Source of the DNA: Spirulina sp.
Lineage (GTDB): Bacteria > Cyanobacteriota > Cyanobacteriia > Phormidesmidales > Phormidesmidaceae
Assembly: GCA_044070495.1 (NCBI GenBank)
Contig: JBIPSI010000003.1
Span: 32,001-96,000 of the forward strand
Direction of reading: 5' to 3'
Length of the DNA stretch: 64,000 nt
This document shows, piece by piece, positions 9,779 through 18,857 of this stretch; within the stretch, counting starts at the first letter, position 1; every line of letters starts with the position of its first letter. The notes beneath the pieces were generated by a model, which saw only the letters and a list, made by a program, of their open reading frames with translations, searched no databases and was not told where the DNA came from. The position numbers and the translations under genes were made by a program.

Positions 9779-10507
9779 TCAACCAAAGGCCAAGCTATGG
9801 CTAGGTTCAGATGGCCTGGATCGACCATTCTTGATCTCCAACCCCTTTGCAATAGCCTCATCACAGACCTCGGTGACGATAGTTTCATTGCTGAGGTTGG
9901 CAATGGTCTGGAATGTTGCTAGCAAGGCTTCGTAGCTTTGGTGAGCGACTAACACCAGATTGGCTTCGAGGTCGTGTTGAAGCACAGTAATCTCTGGAAT
10001 GTTGAGTGGCTCGATGCTGCCATAGCCGCTAGCAAGGTCTTCAACATCAACATCTAGGGAACCCCGCGAGTCGTGATAAAGCTGTAGGGCGGCTCGGATG
10101 GTGGCTAGGCGGCGGTCAGAGAGAGCGCCAGGACTCCTAGGCTCAGGATTCATCCGGGCCTGTGCGAGGGCACAGGTAAGCTGGCGGCTATTCGGGTCGA
10201 TGACGCCGGAGGCAATAGCTTGAGCGATGCTGAGAACCATTTCAAAGTCACCCGTAATCGGGATGACCATGCCGCCGCCGCGCACCCGATAGAACACTTG
10301 ACCGTCAATCTGTAGCGCTGAGATGGTGGCTGGGCAAGCATTGCTGTTTCGCGCACGGAAATTGGCTAGACCTTGCCAGAGGCAATAGAGTGGTTTGGCA
10401 CTGTTTGCCCACTCGCCGCCAGTATCCAGTACGCGCTGGCGGTGGTGAGCCAGCAAGTCTATCCCACTGTGGTCTTGACCGATATGGTTGCAGGATACGT
10501 TTGTCAT
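9779..10507 (-). CDS. Hypothetical phage protein (array gene)
   Basis: ATG 10507 (MTNVSC) preceded by AGAGGTCACACA; flanked by R2 and R1. Confidence 0.7.
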   Translation of the reverse strand: MTNVSCNHIGQDHSGIDLLAHHRQRVLDTGGEWANSAKPLYCLWQGLANFRARNSNACPATISALQIDGQVFYRVRGGGMVIPITGDFEMVLSIAQAIASGVIDPNSRQLTCALAQARMNPEPRSPGALSDRRLATIRAALQLYHDSRGSLDVDVEDLASGYGSIEPLNIPEITVLQHDLEANLVLVAHQSYEALLATFQTIANLSNETIVTEVCDEAIAKGLEIKNGRSRPSEPSHSLAFG

Positions 10508-10581
10508 TGTGTGACCTCTCATGAACTGAACTTGAACCAGGCCAGGGACGGGAGTCGAACCCGCCCTACTCCCACTGGCAA
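10508..10581 (-). repeat. Intergenic tRNA-minihelix-like repeat R2
   Basis: Minus strand GCCAG-TGGGAGTA-GGGCGGG-TTCGACT-CCCGTCC-CTGGC...AGAGGTCAC. Confidence 0.95.
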
Positions 10582-10875
10582 TTACACATCGGACTCAATA
10601 CCTAGACCTTTCAGCGCGTATTCCAGTGCGGCCTTACCTTTGATGGCTGCGCTAAGTTGAGCGCTTGCGGCATCAACTCGGTTGCCGCGATCTTGGATGA
10701 AGGCTTGGCCGCAGAAGTTGCCTTCTTGAACGGCTCGCTCAGCGTCAGCCAGAGAGGACTTTAGCCACCTGATAGCTGACTCTAGTTGGGACTGAGCTAA
10801 CTCGACTTCAGCAGTGGCTTGGAATAGCGCGACTTTCATCTGGTTCGCAACGTCTTTGGAAATTTCGCTGGTCAT
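10582..10875 (-). CDS. Hypothetical coiled-coil protein, first gene of array 1
   Basis: ORF directly downstream of promoter repeat P-A with GAGG RBS; stop codon abuts R2. Confidence 0.7.
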   Translation of the reverse strand: MTSEISKDVANQMKVALFQATAEVELAQSQLESAIRWLKSSLADAERAVQEGNFCGQAFIQDRGNRVDAASAQLSAAIKGKAALEYALKGLGIESDV

Positions 10876-10895
10876 GGCCTGAGCCTCTAGTGGTG

Positions 10896-10990
10896 TTTTT
10901 TAACTACATTTATATAATACATCGGAGCTATTATGGAGGGGTCAATTATTGCGAAAGATTCACGTTGAAAAGCCTGTTCTGCAAGGTTTC
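10896..10990 (-). promoter_or_regulatory. Repeated early-promoter module P-A
   Basis: TTTTTAACTACATTTATATAATACATCGGAG core, then TATTGCG, TGAAAAG and CAAGGTTT boxes shared with P-B and P-C. Confidence 0.75.
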
Positions 10991-11014
10991 TGCGGATCGA
11001 GCTTTGAGGCGATG

Positions 11015-11482
11015 CTAGCGGTGGTCACCACTGAGAAGTGGCGTATCGGTGGCCATAAACAGGGTGAGCTGTTGTGCTCTAGGGAAGGCTGCTCCCTTTT
11101 TGTCGAAGGTCGCCAGTGCCTTAAAAATGGCATCCACACTCAGCGTTTTTAGATTGCCATCTTTGTCAATGGGATATTCCCCCCGCCACTTCTGGCGGAG
11201 GTAATCAATATCTGCCCCGTTCAGTTCCATGCTGAATGGCACCATGGTGTTATTTTCGTTCCGCTGAACGCGATCACGCCATGCATGGGCAAACTCAAAC
11301 TTGAGTACCCAGAATAGATAGGCGGTGTCGTTCAGAATGCCGTAAGTCCATGCTTCTTTTAGATCTGATGGCGACAGCATCAAAACATCGTCCGATTCGC
11401 TACCGATGTCTGGGGCCGCACTAATGTGTGGGTGTAGATCAACAACTTTTGAATTTACTTGGGGCATGACATTTACATCCAA
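11015..11482 (-). CDS. Hypothetical phage protein
   Basis: ORF in the leftward operon, closely packed with its neighbours. Confidence 0.6.
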   Translation of the reverse strand: MDVNVMPQVNSKVVDLHPHISAAPDIGSESDDVLMLSPSDLKEAWTYGILNDTAYLFWVLKFEFAHAWRDRVQRNENNTMVPFSMELNGADIDYLRQKWRGEYPIDKDGNLKTLSVDAIFKALATFDKKGAAFPRAQQLTLFMATDTPLLSGDHR

Positions 11483-11484
11483 AA

Positions 11485-11724
11485 TTACAAAGAGTCTGGA
11501 GAACTGATCACGGTATCTGGATGACCGAAAATTGAGTCGAGATAGATTTCATGAATGACGCGATCACAACTTCCCTCCTGCATGAGAAAAAGGGCGAGGG
11601 CGGCGCTGGCTACCTGGTTGTAGTCGCGCCGGGGATGACGCCTCACATAGCCTTCGACAGCGGTTAGCAAAACTTCGGGGATCACGATTTTGCTGGTTGC
11701 CATCGCATGATGTGGGGTGGGCAT
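11485..11724 (-). CDS. Small hypothetical protein, possibly ribbon-helix-helix-like (DUF2811-like)
   Basis: IPEVL...VEGYV..HPRRDYNQV..AALALFLMQ pattern; AAGGAG RBS. Confidence 0.5.
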   Translation of the reverse strand: MPTPHHAMATSKIVIPEVLLTAVEGYVRRHPRRDYNQVASAALALFLMQEGSCDRVIHEIYLDSIFGHPDTVISSPDSL

Positions 11725-11736
11725 AGCCAGATCTCC

Positions 11737-13824
11737 TTAGTCGATAGAAGACGTTTCGGCTTCGACGGTCTGCTGCCCAGCAGGCAGGTCGAAAAGCGGT
11801 GCCACCCCAGCGGGATACATCACTACCCCCAGATGGCCGACAGCCTCAGCGAAACGATCACGGTCAGGGCCGAAATAAAGAATCTCTAGGCTGAAGGTGG
11901 CCCCAGCCAGGTTGGGAGCCGTCGGGTTGCTGAAGCGGACGTACTGAGTAATCCGGCAAACCGCATCAGCATGGCGAAGATAACGCTGGTGCCAGTGGGT
12001 ACGGTTGTCGGTTTTGTTGAGAACAAAGAAGTGGGTTGGCAGTCGCCCAGCCATCTTCTCGGCCATAAACTTGAGCGAGAATGCTTCGTTGAGCGAGTAT
12101 GGGCAGTTGTCCCAGCCCAGGGTTTCGCATTCATCCTCCAGTGGTTCGACGGCCCAGGAAACCTCGTCACCCAAGGCGCTATTCTCCTTGGTGAACCGAA
12201 CACGGGCTGGTAGCTCGGTATGGTCATTACTGGAAACATCTAGGTCAAACGCATCGCGCCCCCACCGCTTTAAGATTGGCTCCCAAATCCAGGGAGGCGT
12301 ATCGTTCTCGTCATGGTCGATGATGCTGCTAGAGGTGGCCGGAGAAGCCCCCTTGGTCAATCGGCTATGCATCCTAGCCTGGGGTGTTGGCTGGGGCGGC
12401 GATTGGGGCGGCGGGGGCGAGGTCAAATCGGCAACACCGTTGCCATTTTGAGGGCGGAACAGGTCTACTGTTGGCAGCGTTTCAAGGCCTCCATTTTCCC
12501 AATGCACTGAGGCCGTTCGGCTCTCCACATCCAACGCCAAAACAACGCCTTTCCGGGTCTCTTCGCCAATTTTGACGACGTAATCGCCGACCTCTAGTCG
12601 CTGCCATGTGCCGTCTAGGACACTGCCTTCTGGTGCGTCCTGATAGCCACCTTCAACCAGACGATCATCGTCTTCCTGGGAATCAGGGGATGGTTCAGGT
12701 TGGAGCTTCAGGCGTTCGTTGGTTAGGACGTAGGACTGCCCCCGGTAGGTGACTTGCTGACCGCAGTAGGTAAAGCGGTAGTCAGGATGCTGGGCATAGC
12801 TATAGGTGGGTTTGTCACCCCACGCTGCCAGCGATACGACCCCAATTGCCTCAAGGGGATGGTTAGGCGACGACCATCCTGCTACCGTCACCCACTGGCG
12901 ATCACCCCATTCAAACAAGCCCCGGATTTGGTTTTGATTTAGCTTGTCAGCGCTGTATAACCTGTTGGCCCGTGCCAGGAGTTTAGGCGAGACTATCGCT
13001 GTGATTTCGCTATAGCGAAACTCTGGCTTGTTCTCATCCATGTCCCCAGAGGGGGCTAGAACGCCCTCATCTGAGTTGGGTATAGAATCCCCCTCAGTTG
13101 TCAGTTCAGGCAGGTTAACGGCAACTTCCGTAGGCGGAGAATCAACATCTACCAATCTGGCGGTCTCCATGAGGACACCGCCCCCGGCTTCCAGCCTGAT
13201 GTAGTTAAAGCCAACGGCCTTGACAATACCTTCAACGACATCCCCGTCTTTACCCAACCCGCGAACGTGATCACCAGGTTGAAAGCGCTTGGCCACGACG
13301 GACTTGGAGTGCTGCTCTAGAATTTTTTCGCCTTCCCGCTCCCAAAGCTGGGCCAGTGCCTCGTAGGTTTTCACGGCCTTCGGGTAGCTGAACTGGAAGC
13401 TAACCGAATCTTCGTACAGTTCTACGCAGAGTCCTCCCCGGCGCTTGACGATTCGACCGACCTGGCTCCATAGGTCGATGATCTCCTCCTTCGATAACGC
13501 CTGCTCCCTTCTCGATTCAGACAGGTAGTTAAGGGCCGACCGCAACGAAACATCAGCCCCCTGCGCCGATATCCAGCCCTCCAGTGAACTCCAGTTTGCC
13601 GCCACAGCCATGTAAGCCGAGATGGTGCGGGGGGCAATGTCCGGCAGGTTCTCGGCACACCAACGGCCCCATTGCCCATGCTTCACACGGGACTTCTGCT
13701 CAATCAGAAGCTCACCGAGGCGGCAACTCTTTTGGAGTACCGTCATTCCTGCACTCTGAACCTCCTGGTGTAGAGACAGGATTGTCGCGACCTCCATTGC
13801 TTCAGCCTGGACTAGCGCAACCAT
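11737..13824 (-). CDS. DUF3102-domain / phage Dam-type N6-adenine methyltransferase fusion
   Basis: N-terminal LGELLIEQKSRVKHGQWGRWC..L....RT...YM (DUF3102); C-terminal DENDTPPWI..., FDLDVSS, WDNCPYS, KTDNRT.W (phage Dam); start 13824 behind GAGGTCACGCC. Confidence 0.75.
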   Translation of the reverse strand: MVALVQAEAMEVATILSLHQEVQSAGMTVLQKSCRLGELLIEQKSRVKHGQWGRWCAENLPDIAPRTISAYMAVAANWSSLEGWISAQGADVSLRSALNYLSESRREQALSKEEIIDLWSQVGRIVKRRGGLCVELYEDSVSFQFSYPKAVKTYEALAQLWEREGEKILEQHSKSVVAKRFQPGDHVRGLGKDGDVVEGIVKAVGFNYIRLEAGGGVLMETARLVDVDSPPTEVAVNLPELTTEGDSIPNSDEGVLAPSGDMDENKPEFRYSEITAIVSPKLLARANRLYSADKLNQNQIRGLFEWGDRQWVTVAGWSSPNHPLEAIGVVSLAAWGDKPTYSYAQHPDYRFTYCGQQVTYRGQSYVLTNERLKLQPEPSPDSQEDDDRLVEGGYQDAPEGSVLDGTWQRLEVGDYVVKIGEETRKGVVLALDVESRTASVHWENGGLETLPTVDLFRPQNGNGVADLTSPPPPQSPPQPTPQARMHSRLTKGASPATSSSIIDHDENDTPPWIWEPILKRWGRDAFDLDVSSNDHTELPARVRFTKENSALGDEVSWAVEPLEDECETLGWDNCPYSLNEAFSLKFMAEKMAGRLPTHFFVLNKTDNRTHWHQRYLRHADAVCRITQYVRFSNPTAPNLAGATFSLEILYFGPDRDRFAEAVGHLGVVMYPAGVAPLFDLPAGQQTVEAETSSID
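12424..12450. repeat. GGCAAC-N3-GTTGCC palindrome, copy 1
   Basis: CAAATC-GGCAAC-ACC-GTTGCC-ATTTTG inside the DUF3102-Dam gene. Confidence 0.8.
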
Positions 13825-13864
13825 GGCGTGACCTCGAAATACGTTACATTTATTATATCGTAAA
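13825..13864 (-). promoter_or_regulatory. Promoter/RBS repeat Q-1 (TATAAT -10 box)
   Basis: GGCGTGACCTC-N15-TATTATATCGTAAA, identical arrangement at 35120-35159. Confidence 0.7.
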
Positions 13865-14185
13865 TTAACTATTCGGGATAGCAATACGACCTGAGCGAAG
13901 GAGAGCTAGGAGAGCGACTAGGGCGGATCGGCTCATGCTTTGGCGAATGGCCAGGAATGGGTTGACGCTATCGGCGGCGATCTCAGAGATGACGGCGACT
14001 TCTTGGGGGCCATCGGTGGCGGTGATGGCTTGGACGATGAGAGCATGGAGTCGAGGGCGATCCAGGATGATCCACCGTTGTCCAGCGGGCCTGCCATCAG
14101 GACGATAGGCTCGCTGACGCTTGGCCAAGCCACACAGCACGATCTCAACCTCGATTGCGGCCAATAGGGAACTCAAATCAGTCAT
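13865..14185 (-). CDS. Hypothetical phage protein
   Basis: ATG 14185 (MTDLSSLL) overlaps the stop of the upstream gene. Confidence 0.5.
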   Translation of the reverse strand: MTDLSSLLAAIEVEIVLCGLAKRQRAYRPDGRPAGQRWIILDRPRLHALIVQAITATDGPQEVAVISEIAADSVNPFLAIRQSMSRSALVALLALLRSGRIAIPNS

Positions 14186-14657
14186 CGAACCACACCTCCT
14201 CGGCCACGCTACCCAGGACAGCCTCAACCGGATTACGACCACTGGACAGGCTGGCCGTGCAGATATCTCGCCAATTGTCTGGGGTTGGTTCATGGGCAAC
14301 CTCGTCCCAAGATGGCAACGGTTGGCCCATCAGACGTGCCGCTTTCAGACGCTTTCCGTACAGGATGAACTTAGCCATCTCTGGGCAAATCTCCGGCCCC
14401 TTGTCGGCCCCTGGAGGGAGCGCTACAAACTGCTCCTGTTGCTCCCGTAGTCGCCGTGCTTTGACCTCCCGGATGATGGCATCCGGCTTTGCAAACTCCT
14501 GTTCTGCGATCGCGTTGATGACTTCGACAAAGCCCTGGTCATCAATCAGCGGGGCAATACGTCCGTAGATCAACCCGCCCAAGTTTGGCCCTGGTCGCCA
14601 CAGCTTGACCTCAGACAGGAACGAAAAGAATTCATCGAACACGGAACGGCTAAGCAT
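14178..14657 (-). CDS. Hypothetical protein after the replication initiator (possible helicase loader/partner)
   Basis: ATG 14657 with GGAGG RBS overlaps the initiator stop; function inferred from position only. Confidence 0.5.
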   Translation of the reverse strand: MLSRSVFDEFFSFLSEVKLWRPGPNLGGLIYGRIAPLIDDQGFVEVINAIAEQEFAKPDAIIREVKARRLREQQEQFVALPPGADKGPEICPEMAKFILYGKRLKAARLMGQPLPSWDEVAHEPTPDNWRDICTASLSSGRNPVEAVLGSVAEEVWFDD

Positions 14658-15852
14658 GGCTCCCTCCTGCCGCCGCTCGTTTGGCCACCCACTCACGCAT
14701 CATCTTTTCGCCTAGCGACTCCGTTGCTGCTGTCCGGGCCTGGGCAATTTGTTGCTCATCTAAACCACTGGCCACCACTGCCGCTGGGTTCAGCCCAGTC
14801 GCCCTCGCCGCTTCGGCCCATGCCGCAATGTTCTGGTCGATCTTCGCTGGCCGAATAGCGGTCAAGAAGTTCCCGTTGATGCTGCGCCACCAGTCCATTT
14901 TCGGAGACACCCTCACCCACTGAAGTGCTAGGGCATGGTTCTCTAGTGCGGTGGCCTCATCACCGTCATAAAACTCGATGACCCGCTGTACGGCCCGGAT
15001 GCCCTCTGGGCTGATGGAGCGGCACCCGGCCCAGCCGTCCGGCTTGTGTTGGTTGTGGCTAGACACCCAGGCCACAACGTCTACCGGGATGGATGATTTT
15101 TTCGATCCGCGCCGCCCGCCGCCGGAACTTTTGGTCCTCGCTAGAGAACTCCTGGGTAGCGGCTGCTCCTGCTCTGACTCAACAACGGAGCGGGGAACTG
15201 GTGTGGCGGGTTCGGGTTCCGATTCCAAATTTTCTGTTTGCCCCGCCACCGTCATTTTTCCCCCTTGGGGGGTAGGGGGGTTTTTTTGAGTCTCTGAAGT
15301 AGTCTCTGTTATTGCTGGGTCGTTCCCGACTGCTCGTGGGTCGTTTTCGACCGACCATCGGACAAATTTGACCCATGGGAAGTCAAACCTGTCTTCTCCA
15401 TCGGACGAATTTGACCCATGGGCCTTTGCTTTTGCCCTCGCTGCCAGGTAAGCGATCAGGGGTTCAGGGTGGAATAGATAGTAGGTCGTTCGGTCGAATC
15501 GATAGCGAGGGTTCGGGTTCTCATGCTTTGAGACGATGCCATGCTCGACCAGCCGTGTGATCGCCTTCTTGATCGTGGTTTTACCGCCAAGTCCCATCAG
15601 TGCATCGGCGATGTCATCCAGCGTGTGGTACTGGAGCAGAGATTCGTCCTGACTAGGGTCGTCACCGTGGTTTGTAGCCACCTTATTCAGATGTCTAGAA
15701 CGCTTCTTTTCCCTAAGTCGAATACCGTGCCAATACTCGAAATAACTTAATAGTGCAGCAGCAACTTCACACCCAAAAATCTCGTACTGCCACCGCCGAT
15801 AAAAAACAACATCCTCATTCTCTGGATGAGGTAGCACCCAACAATCTTTCAT
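14650..15852 (-). CDS. Putative phage replication initiator (N-terminal winged HTH)
   Basis: AAALLSYFEYW...TLDDIADAL..GKTTIKKAITRLVEHG...FDRTTYY pattern, low-complexity linker, internal DNA direct repeats. Confidence 0.7.
   Translation of the reverse strand: MKDCWVLPHPENEDVVFYRRWQYEIFGCEVAAALLSYFEYWHGIRLREKKRSRHLNKVATNHGDDPSQDESLLQYHTLDDIADALMGLGGKTTIKKAITRLVEHGIVSKHENPNPRYRFDRTTYYLFHPEPLIAYLAARAKAKAHGSNSSDGEDRFDFPWVKFVRWSVENDPRAVGNDPAITETTSETQKNPPTPQGGKMTVAGQTENLESEPEPATPVPRSVVESEQEQPLPRSSLARTKSSGGGRRGSKKSSIPVDVVAWVSSHNQHKPDGWAGCRSISPEGIRAVQRVIEFYDGDEATALENHALALQWVRVSPKMDWWRSINGNFLTAIRPAKIDQNIAAWAEAARATGLNPAAVVASGLDEQQIAQARTAATESLGEKMMREWVAKRAAAGGSHA
15316..15422. repeat. Candidate replication origin iterons within the initiator gene
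   Basis: CCATCGGAC(A/G)AATTTGACCCATGGG at 15355-15379 and 15398-15422; TGGGTCGTT at 15316 and 15337. Confidence 0.65.
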
Positions 15853-15995
15853 GCTAGAATAGTTCCATTACTTCACGGACTTAATTGCTCCTGACTGCTG
15901 GTAACTCTGCTTATCCAACCGCTTCGTTACCTGGCAGAATCAATCCCTGCATTGCGCCCGCCTTGCAGGGATTTTTATATGCTACATCTAAATCG

Positions 15996-16013
15996 TATCC
16001 CTTATACGGGATG
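15996..16013. promoter_or_regulatory. Candidate repressor operator O2
   Basis: TATCCC-TTATAC-GGGATG, 16/18 identical to 17752-17769. Confidence 0.6.
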
Positions 16014-16207
16014 CCATAGACGAAGTAAAGCCAAGGATAAGGGTCAAGGCCCATAGCCCTGCTGCTACGGGGAGAATACCGATATTGATGCTTCTCCCAT
16101 AGGTTCTAGCCACAATTTCATTGGTAGGAAATTTGATGGGTTTCAACATGATCACAGCTTCTTCTTCTAAGGGGCAATTCAATTTGACGAATGGGCTTTG
16201 AATTCAG

Positions 16208-17476
16208 TTAAACCACCTCAACTGTTACCGTCTTAGTCTGCATAGCCTCTGCTTGTTTCTTATTAATCAGCTTCAGGATTTCGGAGCCAGCTATCGGGGG
16301 CAGTTCTCCAGACTCGATATGATTGCCGACAGATTTAATGAAAGACTCGGCCTCTTCGAGTTGGGACTTACTCAACTCAATTACCAAATCTTTCCAAAGC
16401 GGATTGTCTCGCCACGCTGGATCAATATCAACATCGACGGTGGCTGGAGTCGGAGGCTTTGGGGCTAACCTTTCGTAAGCCCGGTCAACCAACACCGCAA
16501 TGCTGCCCCTAGCCTCTGGGGGCAGATGGCCAGAACTAACGTAGCGAAGCGCCTTGTCTCGGTAACGGGCAATGTCACGCACTTCGCTCAGGTTGGCAAA
16601 TGCCGACCTAATCTTGCCCCATAGGTCGGACTGCATGAAGTCTTCGGAGACGGGCTTGAGTTCAAGGGGCGGAGGCGGTTCAGGATCAGGCATCATCGCT
16701 GGGGGTAAGGCAACGCTGGCTCCTGCCAGTAACGGCTGCTCCGCCAGAGTCATCGCGTAGCGGTCGCCTGCGGCAATTTGTCTGGAGGCCCAGTCGGGAC
16801 TTACCTCGATTGATAACATCCACTTTTCACGACGGGCTCGACCACCGCCAGCGGTCGGTGTGCTAATCTTTTCCGGCCTGCGGGTTAGTAACAGTGGGAT
16901 ACCGTTAAGCTGCCCAAAGGTCATCTCAATCGCAGTGAGCTGCTGGGTCAGATTAACCAAGTCATTGATCGAGTGCGTCTCGACTGTCACGTAGGCGAAA
17001 CGCCCTAGCTCTGGAATGATCAGATTGAGTCGCCCTACCTCCTTACAGCCGCAGCTATTCTCCTCCTTTGCCTCATCCCGCTGGCAGGGTACTCGTCCTG
17101 GAAAGCATTTGATGAACTTGCCCTTCACCCGCACTCCCTGCATAAACTCACGATCACAGCGGACTTCAATGCCCCCGGCACCGTATCTCTCCATGGCGGT
17201 GCTCCAGTTCTCGTCGATAGTGGGATAGGGGAGTCGCACATTGATCGCCCTGGGAGTGTCCCCGTAAGCGGCCCTGAATGCCTCAGCAGCATAGGTATCA
17301 CGGCTGTCAAAGCGAAAATGGTCTAGATCATCGCCGTATCCCATCACCGGGTTACCATGCTTGTCCAATCGGGGAGAGCCATCTTTATTACGCATGGGCT
17401 TCCTAGGGCCACCCTTCCTCAACTTACCAATCCGAGGAAAGACCCCTCTCTGATCTGTCAGTCCTTTAATTGCCAT
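16208..17476 (-). CDS. Gp3-like (recombination directionality factor-like) protein
   Basis: MAIKGL....FPRIGKLRKG N-terminus, CDRE...C..GCKEVGRL, ETHSIND and GIPLLLTRRP motifs. Confidence 0.6.
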   Translation of the reverse strand: MAIKGLTDQRGVFPRIGKLRKGGPRKPMRNKDGSPRLDKHGNPVMGYGDDLDHFRFDSRDTYAAEAFRAAYGDTPRAINVRLPYPTIDENWSTAMERYGAGGIEVRCDREFMQGVRVKGKFIKCFPGRVPCQRDEAKEENSCGCKEVGRLNLIIPELGRFAYVTVETHSINDLVNLTQQLTAIEMTFGQLNGIPLLLTRRPEKISTPTAGGGRARREKWMLSIEVSPDWASRQIAAGDRYAMTLAEQPLLAGASVALPPAMMPDPEPPPPLELKPVSEDFMQSDLWGKIRSAFANLSEVRDIARYRDKALRYVSSGHLPPEARGSIAVLVDRAYERLAPKPPTPATVDVDIDPAWRDNPLWKDLVIELSKSQLEEAESFIKSVGNHIESGELPPIAGSEILKLINKKQAEAMQTKTVTVEVV

Positions 17477-17492
17477 GACCTCTTCCTCTGTG

Positions 17493-17705
17493 TTACTTGC
17501 CAGTGCTTGCTTTCCACTGGCTGACCCAATGACGGACAGTGTTCTCCTGCAAATTAAGATCAGGAAACTCAGCCCGCACTTGTCTGGTTAATCCCGCAAT
17601 ATTGACGGCGGCTATGCCATCAAACGAAAGGTCACTCAACTCTGAAAGCATCTGCTGGCAGCGCTCTCTGGGGTGACGATGCCGCCTTGCCGTATTGTCA
17701 GCCAC
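17493..17705 (-). CDS. Small Cro-like/HTH protein
   Basis: Divergent from the repressor-like gene; NIAGLTRQV...ENTVRHWVSQW helix-turn-helix-like segment. Confidence 0.5.
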   Translation of the reverse strand: MADNTARRHRHPRERCQQMLSELSDLSFDGIAAVNIAGLTRQVRAEFPDLNLQENTVRHWVSQWKASTGK

Positions 17706-17751
17706 TACGTTTCAACTACTTTTTAGAATCCTACAAACTATTCTAGCTTAG

Positions 17752-17769
17752 TATCCCTTGTACGGGATA
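17752..17769. promoter_or_regulatory. Candidate repressor operator O1 in the divergent switch region
   Basis: TATCCC-TTGTAC-GGGATA inverted repeat between divergent genes. Confidence 0.65.
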
Positions 17770-17822
17770 GTCATTCCGATTGAGGGACTATGATTAAGGT
17801 GATAGATTTAGGTGTTGCTTAA

Positions 17823-18581
17823 ATGACTCGACCTGTGGCAGCCAGTCCCGAATACTGTGAACGATTAAAGAGCTGGGTTACAGCCGAAGCGGCTAAATTC
17901 GCTGACAGCCCCAATGACAAGGGTGTCAATCGTTGGTCAGCGGAGACGTATAAAATCTTGGCCCAGTTTGGCCAACGCGGCATCTCAACAACCATGGTTA
18001 GTCGGTGGATCAACGGTGACATTACGGATGAGTTGAGGGCTCCCACGCTCACGAAGTTGGGACTGCTTAAGGGGTATTCGACCGATCCAGAAGAAGCCAA
18101 ACGGATGGCCTACCTATGGTTAACCACGGGCCAAGAGTCTAAGGCCTCACCCGTCAAAATGCTGCCCGTCGCAATTCCTGATACCTCTGGATCATCTGAG
18201 GCTCTCGATCAAATTTTGACCCTGCTTTATCGTGAGCCGCTATCACCCCAACAGATGAGACAGGTCATAGAAGCTGTGTTGGATCGTCTGGTTACGCTAG
18301 CTAATGCGGCCCCTGTCATTGAACCCGAACCCGAACCCGAACCTGCTCCCCTAGCCCATGAGGCGATCTCTCACTTACTTAATGGTTGGCTGAAGGCGAC
18401 AGGGGCCAGCCTGAAAGAATTAGCTGAAAAGCTTTCAATTACAGAAGAACGGGCCAAGCAAATCCTGGCCCGTTCTCAGCTAACACCGGATGAATGCGAA
18501 TCGTTAGCAAGCCTTTTGAACTTGAATGTTGAGACGATCAAGGCTTGGGGCGTTGTTCTGAGTGTCGCTCCCCAGGTTTGA
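17823..18581 (+). CDS. Putative prophage repressor with XRE-type HTH domains
   Basis: Lone rightward gene in the early region; GISTTMVSRWING and SLKELAEKLSIT...ILA HTH-like segments. Confidence 0.65.
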   Translation: MTRPVAASPEYCERLKSWVTAEAAKFADSPNDKGVNRWSAETYKILAQFGQRGISTTMVSRWINGDITDELRAPTLTKLGLLKGYSTDPEEAKRMAYLWLTTGQESKASPVKMLPVAIPDTSGSSEALDQILTLLYREPLSPQQMRQVIEAVLDRLVTLANAAPVIEPEPEPEPAPLAHEAISHLLNGWLKATGASLKELAEKLSITEERAKQILARSQLTPDECESLASLLNLNVETIKAWGVVLSVAPQV

Positions 18582-18836
18582 CCGAATCGTGACCTGGAGC
18601 ATCGACATCCCAGGGCAGCAATTCAGGCGCTCTTGCTGGCACAGCAGAACGGCTGCAAAATCATCGTTGGCGAACTGGATGAAGATCTCGTTGAATCGGT
18701 ATGAGACCTGTCCATACTGCTCTAGATAGTCTTGGATATCGGCAGGTTGGTGTTGAATCCATCGATGGACAACCTGTTCATTGAATTCGTTGATATTCAC
18801 GGCACTACGCAATAACACCTGAATCGGGCTTAACAT
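18504..18836 (-). CDS. Hypothetical phage protein
   Basis: ORF at the end of the leftward operon; overlaps the repressor 3' end. Confidence 0.45.
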   Translation of the reverse strand: MLSPIQVLLRSAVNINEFNEQVVHRWIQHQPADIQDYLEQYGQVSYRFNEIFIQFANDDFAAVLLCQQERLNCCPGMSMLQVTIRSNLGSDTQNNAPSLDRLNIQVQKAC

Positions 18837-18857
18837 CCCAGTCTAACCTGACACGCA

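Noticed and set aside
15988..16182. 64-aa ORF between the Gp3-like and initiator genes
   Set aside because: Short, TTG start, overlaps the candidate operator and has no recognisable motif
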